Source of the DNA: Peribolospora baueri
Taxonomy: Eukaryota
Length of the DNA stretch: 64,000 nucleotides
Direction: 5' to 3'
Assembly: GCA_029717555.1 (NCBI GenBank)
Contig: JAMDHS010000014.1
Span: 248,001-312,000 of the forward strand
The notes beneath the pieces were generated by a model. That model searched no databases. It was not told where the DNA came from and saw nothing but the letters and a program-made list of their open reading frames with translations. Position 1 is the stretch's first letter. Every line of letters begins with the position of its first letter. Of the stretch, positions 51,937-61,600 are shown piece after piece. A program made the translations under genes and the position numbers.

Positions 51937-54915
51937 AGGCGACGGGCGAGGAAGAAGGGTTTTGGACGGAGGGACGGAGTCCGTAACAGGCGGATGAACG
52001 ACTTGAGGTGGTCAGCGAACAAAGGAGCGAGAGGCGAGTAGACTGAGGGTCCACACGGGGAGAGAGAGAGAGCGAGAGAGAGAAAGCAAAAGAAGGGGAA
52101 GCACAACGGTGGTGACGGGAGGACACGACGACAAGGGGGGGAGGGAGCTCAGCCGAGCTGGGGATCGGGAGCGTTTTAGGCGACCACCGGACGGGATTTG
52201 TAGGTGCGCCGGCGGCACGTACTGTATGCTGTCCTCTGCCGCTGCTCCCGTCGCCGTCGCCGCTTGCCTCCCTGCGCCCCGTCACCTCGTCAAGGCCGGG
52301 CGCACAAGCAAGCTCCGGCGCGCTTAAAAGTTGCCGGCCGGAGCGATTTAGTTTCAACTCAACGCCGTGGCCCTGGTTGCGCCCAGGCGTATTCGTTGCA
52401 TGGTCCATCACTAAGTTAGCTAGTGGCGGAGACGCGCTAGGCCAGAGGCTAGGCCAGGCTAACTTGGCCATTTCCCACGCCGGCCCCACCGCGCAGCTCC
52501 AGCCGATTACAGTACATGTGTCCTGTGCCTCTTGTGTCTAATTAAGCCAGCTGACTTACACACGTCCACTCCACCGTGCTACTGCCTGGACGGCTAGTCG
52601 GAAATGTACTGGACGGAGTCGGCGCCTTTCTGATTCGCGCACATGGCTCCGCCATCGTTACAAGTATAGCTCGACGTCGTGGACCTGGAATATCTGCTAT
52701 ATAATTGCTTTCCCTTTCCAGGACTGGAATGTTATTGATGTTAAAGCCAGTCGACGAACGGTGACCATACAGACGAGATCACATGCATCCTCCTTCCATA
52801 TTATATGCTGCAGTGGCCTCCCAATAGTCGATATGGCCTTCTTGGATAGCGTAGGCTATCAGTGGCGTCCTATGTCAACAGCCACGCAAGAAAAATCAGC
52901 AACGATTGGAGAATGGTGGAGATCCGCTATGACGGCTTGTACAAGGGTGACGGATCTTGAAAAGACAGAACAAGTCAAACAATACACATCTCGATGTATA
53001 AACTGCATTTATCTTTGCTCTGGCCAAGCATTTTTTTTGGCACGGTCAGGTTGAGATCCACATCCTGTTGCATGCATGCTGCTTTTCAAGTGAAATACGG
53101 ACATCTACATGACGAGAGAGCTGCCTGAATGCACGAGAATCGGCTAGGCTGACGTTACGCTAGCGTTCGACGCTACTGTTACGTAGTACGTAGGCCTACG
53201 CAATTTGAACTTGATGGCGCAAGCCACTGGATCGGGCCGTAAAATAGAGGAGGCTGACCTGTGCTGACTACCCAACGTAATCACTTTCTGGCGCCAGAGG
53301 CGACATTTTTTTGTCTTGCAACCGGTCTCATTCCAGAGAAAAGTAGAGACTGATTCTGAGCCAGACAGGAGCCAACCGGACGGCGGAAGATGTTCTTAAA
53401 GCTTGAGGTGGGCGACAAGGCGAAATCGCTGGGAATGTGAGAGGGACGAAGAGTGGAGAGAGGAAGATAGGAAGGAAAGAGACGAGGGGAGAAGAGAGAG
53501 ATGGAGAAAAGACGATGGTTCCATGTCGGCGGGGCACATACATGCATGCATGCATGCAGCGGCGAAGGTCGACGGTGACGGAGACAGGAACGAGCTAGAA
53601 AAGGGAGGAAGAGCCTCGTGATGCGGGCGCGGCGTCGGAACGTTGAAGCCGTCCCAGTCGGTGTGCAAAGTCTCCACCCGTTCCCGGCGTCCACGCCCAA
53701 GACCGCCAACGATCGGGCGCCAACGCGATCCGCAATAGTCGTCCCGTTTCATCGCACCGGGGATGGCGGTGGCACTCCGCCGACATCCCAAGTCGAGCGA
53801 GCGGACCGGACGCCGAGGGTCGGATGTTGGCACCCTCCTCGACGCGGGACCAGCCGATGCCCCCTACGTAAGTAACGTCGTCCAGAGAGCCATTGTCGGT
53901 CTGTGATCGCGAGGCCACGCTCGGCGGCGCACACACATCCACTCTCGTCCCGTTTGCGGGAGCGGCGTTATTGATCCGTCCTATGCCCCGACCCATTACA
54001 CCCATTAGTGTGCGAGCTGACAGCCGTATAGCCGTCGCGGAGGGGACGACGCCACCTCGACCCACCACCGGTATATGTACACACATGATAAATGCCTCAC
54101 CAGTGGCCTCGCAAGGCGGAGCGCAAGCCGGCCGCCGCAGCAAGCCAAACGCCGCCCCCCCCCTCTTGGTCCTCTTGGTCAATTCCCATGGTAGGGGACG
54201 CCGGCAGAACTGTTGCAATGGCTGCTGTTCGAGCATGCTTCATGAAGCATCTTCATACTCTTTCATTCCCGTCTAAAAACGACCCTGCCATCCTCACCTC
54301 GAAGATGTGGCCCGAGGACGAGAGATGAGCAGGAAAGCGAGCACGTGCTCGGGCAAGATTGTCTTGATTCCCACGAACACCACTCTATGCGCTAGTATGA
54401 TACGGGTTTGTGTGGGACGTCCTTCACCGCTCGCTCTTGGTCGCCACCATGTAACGGCCACGGCGAAAGTAGCAGAGGGCCACAAGGCGCTATGCCGATG
54501 CTGCCGGCAACTTTAGTTCCGGCCCGCCGTCCGGCGTCGCTGGCCAGTCCGTATGACCGAGCGCGGCTCCAGCACCCGAGCGGAGCGGCTAACACGCTAG
54601 GACCTCCTCCGAGCCCATCGACACAGGCTTCCAGAGCAAGAGGCCGCTGTCATGTAGGTCACGGCGGCGGAGGACGACGAGGACCGGACTCCTCCCGCCC
54701 CTGCCCGGCGCTCCGTCTCGTTTTCGTTAAAAGTCGGCCGACCGGGCGGCCCCTTCCCGCGCGAGGGCCCCCGTCGACTCCTTCCATTCTTTGAACCCGC
54801 CCTGTTCGACAACTTGCTTCTGTGGTTCGCCGTTCGCCAGCGCCGCTCTGTCCTCGACGCCGGCAGGCCCGACTACCCTCCACTCTCGTCCCGTCGCGTT
54901 TTGAAACCAGTCGCC

Positions 54916-56452
54916 ATGTCGTCAGGAGGCGTCATCGATCTCGGACAGGGGTATCACATCCCAGCCGACCCCGACACGTTGAAATATGAGGTCGAGGTGT
55001 TCCGGCACACGCTCATCGCCATCTATGCCTTGCTCGCATGGGAGCACATTGTCACCGCCCACGAAGAGATCTACCGGTGGAAGCAGCTCTTCAGGGGCGA
55101 GTTCGTCCCCATCAACATTTTCTTGCTCGTCGGGAGATACTGCGTAGAAGGCACGGCCATCACATCGGCCATCCTGTTCTTCGGTCAGCCGACCAGCTGT
55201 CAGGGGGTCTACACGAGCATCTACGTGCTGTACGCCATCGCGTGGGTGGGTGCCGCACCGCCGTGGAGCAACGACGGAAAGTGGAGGAGAATTTCTTTCT
55301 CCTCCTCGGGGGAAAGAAGCGCGGTCCATGAAAGCGGTGTCCGGGCGCTTTGGCTGACGTCTTTCTTTTGTCTCCTCCCGTTTCCTTCCTTGGCCGTTCC
55401 CGTTTCAGACGGCGCTGGCCTGCATTTTCACCCTCCGTATCAAAGCCATTTGTCGCGACGACCGTCGTTACTGGTGGACCATGGCTATTCTGACCTTCCT
55501 GGGCTCCGGTCTCTGGATCGCCTCGATCCCTGGCTTCAAAGCCGAGAATTTGCCGGCGGAGATGCGGTTTCGGTACTACCCCATCTGCATGCCTGTGCCC
55601 TCCCCTCAGTGGCGCGCGATGGGTTGGGCCGCGGGGTCGATCTACGACATCATCCTCGTTTTGATCACCGTCTATCACGTCGTCTTCGAGATGCCCGGCC
55701 ACTTCAACCGAAGCCTCAAGCGCTTCCTCTTCGACACATCCATCATGTACTTTGCCATCTCCCTCTCCTGCAACGTTGTCTGCCTCTTCGTTGAACTCTG
55801 CAATAAGGACATCATCTTCCAGGCTCTTCCAGTTCCCATCGCCCTCGCCTTCAACATGATCGTCGGCGCACGCATCGTCTTCCATTCTGAGCTCTGGAGC
55901 GAGGGCAAGAACGCGTTGCTCGTCATCGACCCTCGCCGGCGGGCCGGTCGCCACCTGCCCCCGCGTTCCTTCATGGGGCTCGGTGGCAGCGCCATGTACA
56001 ATCACGACTCCCCGTCGGGCACCTACGACGATCAAGGCCACCGAGTCGACGACGAACCGCCTTTCGCCAACCTCGCCTGGGTGAGGAAGAACACCTTCAC
56101 CTTTGGTAAGGAGGGTGCCGCGAAGCGAGACGCGTACGGGGCGCCCATGCGCGGCAAGCACGCTCACGGCGACAACAAGTCGGCGCGCTCACGTCCGTCT
56201 TGCAACGACCCCGACGTGCCGCTCGCTCGCCTGCAGCCGGCCTACGTCACCCCCTCCACGGCCTCAGAAAGAGCCGCCTCAATCGGCTCGACCTATTCTC
56301 CCGAAGACGAGTCCCTCCCAAGCCGCCCCGCCGGCGACCAGAAGCTCATGGAGATCCTCACCGAAGTCCGTGTCGCCCGCGAGACCCGCGATAATAGTGC
56401 GGAGGGCCGATCCGACCGGCGAGCGGACAGGACGTTCCTCCCAGACATGTAA
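54916..56452 (+). CDS. Multi-pass membrane protein, DUF6533/GPCR-like, 2 exons
   Basis: LLAWEHIVTAHEEIYRW...IFLLVGRY, intron 55246-55408, FTLRIKAI, YDIILVLITVY, LFDTSIMYF; about seven hydrophobic segments followed by a disordered tail. Confidence 0.72.
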
Positions 56453-57440
56453 CCCCCCTAGTCCTTGCTCTCTACCCACGCTAGCAACTCCCCTGGTCCC
56501 TCGGTTCTTTCCCGTTCGGGACGCCGCTTCGCGATTTCAAGCTTTTCACAGCACGTGAGACCGCCCCGAGATCATTGTCTATCCTCCCTTCGCCGCGTAT
56601 AAACCCCTTTCCATATATCACTGTCGTTTCCTTGGTGTCTTCCTTTCCCTCCGTCTCTCTACGATCGTCGACGTTCCGCATAAGCGACTAGGCCAGGGAC
56701 GTGCATCCTCGTCATGCCTTGAAATGATAGCCACCATAACTTTTTTTTGCTTTGTTTTGGCCGAGGTAGAATCGTTTGTCGTGTGTTTCGTCCTTCCGTG
56801 CCAGACATTGAGCATTCGGGCAGACACAGTTAGTCCGGCGGACCGAGACGGCGCATGGCCGACACGTTATTTACGGTATATGCCGTGGGAGCCGTCTAGA
56901 CCAAGTTCTTTCATGCCATATTGACGCCCTTTGCGCCGCAGACGCCGTGCGAGTTACCGCGCGGCCGCCGCAGGTCGCACGTCGAATCGGGTCCCGGCCA
57001 GGGTTAGGGCTGGACCGTGACGACAGACGGTAGCGAAACTGCAACTAGCCGTGGGCCAGCACGAGGCGGAAAACCGTTCTCCTCGCGGGACGAATTCGTC
57101 CTGGGCCGTCGATTCGGCTGCACTGCCAAACAGTCGACGTCCTGCGTAGGTGAGGAGCGAGCGCAGGAGAGTCGATACACTGCACCCACCACGGGCTCCT
57201 CAACGATCTGAACTTCTTGTTGGTAGGGCGGCCGACCGCCTATAACGTACTGTACCTTCATGGCACGCTCCCGTGCATTCCAGCGCGGCACGGCACACGC
57301 CATTTTCGGGTGCGGTGCCGAGTTAACGGTACAGACAAGAGTTGCTCGCCGCCGCAGCCAACACGGATATCGGCTCGTTTCGAATTTGTCCGTCCCAGAA
57401 CGGACAGCTTCCGGCTGAGCTTCCAGAAGAGGCGAGTGGT

Positions 57441-57973
57441 ACGCGATAGGTCTAGCGCCCGCGCACGTACCGTCCATACCGCACTGGGCATCGCCCCAAC
57501 TAGCGCTTCTGATGAAGAAAGGAGCGGTGCATGCACGTCGGCGCTCCTTTGGTGCCATGCACTAACACGTCTAGCGCAGTTGCTTCCGTGCACGGGCCAC
57601 TCGGGCCAGGCTCCACTTCTCACGTCCCATATGTATCCTTTGTTCCTAGCTTCCCTTTGTCGTAATGTGTTCCTTTGTCCCATTGCACGACGCTGGACGT
57701 TGTTTGCCTCTATGTGGACATGTTGTGGGGTAGAACACATATATAAGATGGGCCGTCGACGGTAACCCTAACCCAGAATCATAAGGATCTCAAGCTGTTT
57801 ATTCTACAGCTTCTGAATCCTCCGCCCACGGACGGACTCGCGCAACGCGACGCGATAGGTCTGGCGCCCGCGCACGTCACTGTACAGAACATACTGCACT
57901 GCACTCTGCGCACTTCGCATCGCCCCACAACTAGCGTTTCTGAATCGTCCGCCCACCGACGGACTCGCGCAAC
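57441..57973. repeat. Interspersed imperfect direct repeats upstream of the PKS
   Basis: ACGCGATAGGTCTRGCGCCCGCGCACGT at 57441 and 57850; GCATCGCCCCA(CA)ACTAGCGYTTCTGA at ~57489 and ~57917; TTCTGAATCSTCCGCCCACSGACGGACTCGCGCAAC at 57811 and 57938. Confidence 0.88.
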
Positions 57974-58104
57974 CCGCTCCGCGTCCCATTCCAAGAAGAG
58001 GGCTACGACCAAGTCGAGGGTGAAGGGGTTAACATTGGAATGATAAAAGCAGCCTTGCTGCCGGGGGATCGAAACCTTTCCGCTGGTCGCTGTCCACCTC
58101 TACA

Positions 58105-58232
58105 GCAAGTTGCGGGTTGTGTTTTCCAGCGAGATCCGCTTGCAGACGGATAATGTTTGGGTCCGGTTAATGCAAGTTGCGGGTTGTGTTTGCCAGCTTG
58201 CAGACGGACAATCTTTGGGTCCGGTTAATGCA
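58105..58232. repeat. Tandem duplication (67 and 58 nt units) upstream of the PKS
   Basis: GCAAGTTGCGGGTTGTGTTT..CCAGC..TTGCAGACGGAYAATSTTTGGGTCCGGTTAAT occurs twice; the units differ by a 9-nt indel and a few substitutions. Confidence 0.9.
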
Positions 58233-58663
58233 CGCAAGGGCGAGAACTTTCCATTGACGAGACCGTGCTTGGGGAGAGGAGCGGAGAGGCGGAAAGAGGC
58301 AGAGGCAGCTTGGCTCGGTGCGGAGGGTAAACACTGCGCTGTCCGTTTTCCGGGCGGCTGCAAGTAACGAACTGTGGAAAGCTGGCGTCGCTGAATACTA
58401 GTTCGCGAATGTACGTCTCCGGTGACGGAAGCTACCTCTGGTCCGTTTCCCTAAGGCTCCCTGCGTTTGCTCCACCAGCGCGGGATCCCCTAACGTCGCC
58501 TATAAAATATGCGGGCTAGCCGCGGTCGTTTCCGTCGGTCGTCGAGACTCCTCCACCCCTGATCGCACGTCCACGCCGTCCGGCCCCAACTTGTTCTCTC
58601 CCAACGACGCTGCCTCTGCTGAATACTGTTTCGAAACGTCAAACGTCCCTAGACGGGTCGGCC

Positions 58664-61600
58664 ATGGCGTCTGCACGCACGACCCTTCACGCACCCCCTT
58701 ACACTCAGCGAGGCCAGTCGGGATCTCGTCCCGACCCGGGCCCTAGCAAGCCCAACACAAGCGACCGATCACGGAGATCGAAGTTCGCTCGTTTTTCCAT
58801 CTCTTCCTTTTCTTCCAGCCGCCTGCGCGACCGCGACCGCGACGTCCCGTCTCAGACTCCCTCTACCGACTGGTTGAACGTCGAAGCCCATCCATCAGCG
58901 CCACCATCGCCGTCTCGCTCGGCCGCGCCATTGGCAATTGTGAGAGCATGGTGATCTTGCCGTAATGGCCGCCCCGGCCCGGGAGACTTACACATCTCTT
59001 TCTTCATGCTCTTCGCCTGCCAGGTCGGCATCGCCTGCGAACTTCCTTCTCCCGCCGACCGGCCCGATAACCTCTCCTACCGTGACTTTTGGCGGTTTCT
59101 TCGCTCCGGAGGAGAGGCCTACAGCAAAGTGCCGGATGACCGGTTCGCAGCGGACAGGTGTGTGCCGGCCTCATTCAGACGTCTACTCGAGCTCGTTGCG
59201 CGGCTGCGGCGTGCGTCTGACCGTTGTCCTGCGTTTCTTTTGCAATGATGGACCGCCGGTTCGCTCTACCCTGACGACAGGTGGAAAGGAAAAGGCCCGG
59301 GGCGGGTCGTGACAGACACCGGCGCCTTTGTCAAGCACCCTTCTCTGTTCGACCCACTGGAGTTCGGCATATCCAACAAGGACGCCCCCTCTTTCCCAGT
59401 CAGCGCCCGCAAGCTGCTCGAGCTCTCTTTCCAAGCGCTCACCGACGCCGGCATCCCTTACCGCGGCAGGCGCGTGGGCTGCTATGTGTCCGGCGTGGCC
59501 CACGACCTCTTGTCCATGTCCGATGTGGACGAATACGCCGTCCCCGCCTCATTCGCTGGCGTGCCCGCCATGATCTCCAACAAGATCTCCTACCATCTCG
59601 ACTTGCGTGGCCCCAGCTTGGCCCTGGACACCGCTTGCAGCTCAAGCCTCACCGCCTTCCACCTGGCCGCTCAGGCGCTGCGGCAAGGCGAGTGCGAAGC
59701 CGCCGTCGTGGGCGGCTACCAGTTCAACGCTAGGTGCGTCCCAACACCGGGCCCCGACTCTGGTGACGTCCGCATCGACTTCCATGCGCTGACATCGTCC
59801 TTTCCTTTCTGCAGACTGTCAGATTGGATTTTCTACTCCCAGTCCGGCTTGCTGAGCCCCGACGGCAAATGCAAGCCGTTCGACGCTGACGCGAACGGGT
59901 GAGTCCGTCCCCCTGCGTCCATTGTATGCAATCCAGTCTCAGGTCTCACCGCTTCAGGGCCCTCCGCGTAGGTTTTCCCGAGGCGAAGGGGGATGTGTGG
60001 TGGTCGTCAAACCTCTTCTCGACGCCTTGAGGGACGACGACCGCATCTACGCCACGGTGAGGACGGTTCACAGAGTACAGCGGACCCAGCCGTAGCTGTC
60101 GAGCATGGGCCCCCCGTTGACACGCCTGTCCGCTCCGCTTTCATAGATCTTGGGAACTGCCATCAACAACGCCGGCTTGCAGGCTCCCGCTGGCGTGCCT
60201 GCCGCCGATGCCCAAGAAGAAGTGGCGAGACGCGCGTACCACGAAGCGGGCCGCTCGCCGCACGAGGTCGACTTTGTTGAATTGCACGCGACAGGTGCGA
60301 GCGTTGGCATCTTCTATGCTACATCTCCTGCTTTATCGCGTCGAGAAGCTGATTTGACCTGTTGGGTCGGATGGCAGGCACATCCGTCGGCGACCCCGTC
60401 GAGGCGAACATGGCGGGACGCTTCTTCTCCAAGGGCCGAGGGGACCGCCGGCTGTTGCTCGGCAGCGTCAAGGGCAACGTCGGACATCTGGAGATCACCG
60501 CCTTCCTCGTCTCCCTTGCCAAGGTCTGCCTGATGTTCGAACACGGCACCGTTCCGCCCAACGTCAACGTGCGACGTCCGAATAACCGCATTCGCTGGGA
60601 CGACTATCACATGGCCGTACCTATGGCCCCGCTCGCCCTCCCTTCTCACAGCCAGCCTGAACGCCCTCTGGTGTCCATCTGCAGCTATGGCATCGGCGGG
60701 TCCAACGGTCACGTCGTTCTGGAAGGTCCTCCCTCGCGATCGCAGGCCTCCCCCTCATCCCGCATCTTCGAGCGCTCGCCTACAACATGCCTTGTCGTTG
60801 CCGGCGGCCTGACGTCTCGGTCTTCCGCAGAAGTCTCCAAGGCGGCGGCCGTGACGTTGCAAAGCGCCCCGCCGTTCCTGCGGTCCGCGTTTTGCATGCG
60901 GATGGCGAGGTCGTCGCGTCAAATGATCTGGAGGTCTTACGCCGTGCGAGACTCCGACGACGGGACGGCGCTTGACTTCGGCCCCCCGCGGCAAGTCCCC
61001 AAGGAGAGGCGCCCGCTGGTGTTCTTCTTCTCCGGGCAAGGGCCGCAGCACATCGGCATGGGGCGCGAGCTCTACGCGCGATACGACGTCTTCCGCAGGA
61101 CGATAGAAGAGCTGGACAGCTACGTGGAGCAATCCATGGGAAAGTCTCTCATCCGCGATTACGGTCTGTTCACGACGAATGGGACCCAGAGCGACGTGCT
61201 GCCTGTAAAGGGCACCTGGCCCAACGCGGTCACCCTGCCCTCCCTCACCGTGGTTCAGATTGCCTTATTCGACCTTCTTTGCGCTCTCAGCCTCCGTCCC
61301 GATGTTGTCTTTGGTCACTCGGCCGGCGAGACGGCTCTGGCCTATGCATCCGGAGCGTGCTCGAAGCGCACGGCCGTTGAGATCGCGTGCGCGCGCGCCA
61401 AGGCCCTCGTTCCCGTTGAGAGAGCCGGAGGGACCATGGCCGCGTTATCGTGTTCCGTTAGAGCCGCCCAAAACCTCATCGACGAGGTCGTGGGCAGCAC
61501 GATGGACGGCCGTCGGCCGTCCGTCGTCGTGGCGGCGCATAACGGCCCGGAGGCAGCTGCCATCGCCGGTTTGCGGGAGCCGCTTTCTGCCGTCTGCCGC

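Noticed and set aside
57441..58232. CRISPR-like array interpretation of the repeats
   Set aside because: Eukaryotic DNA, only two copies per repeat, irregular spacing and no cas genes.
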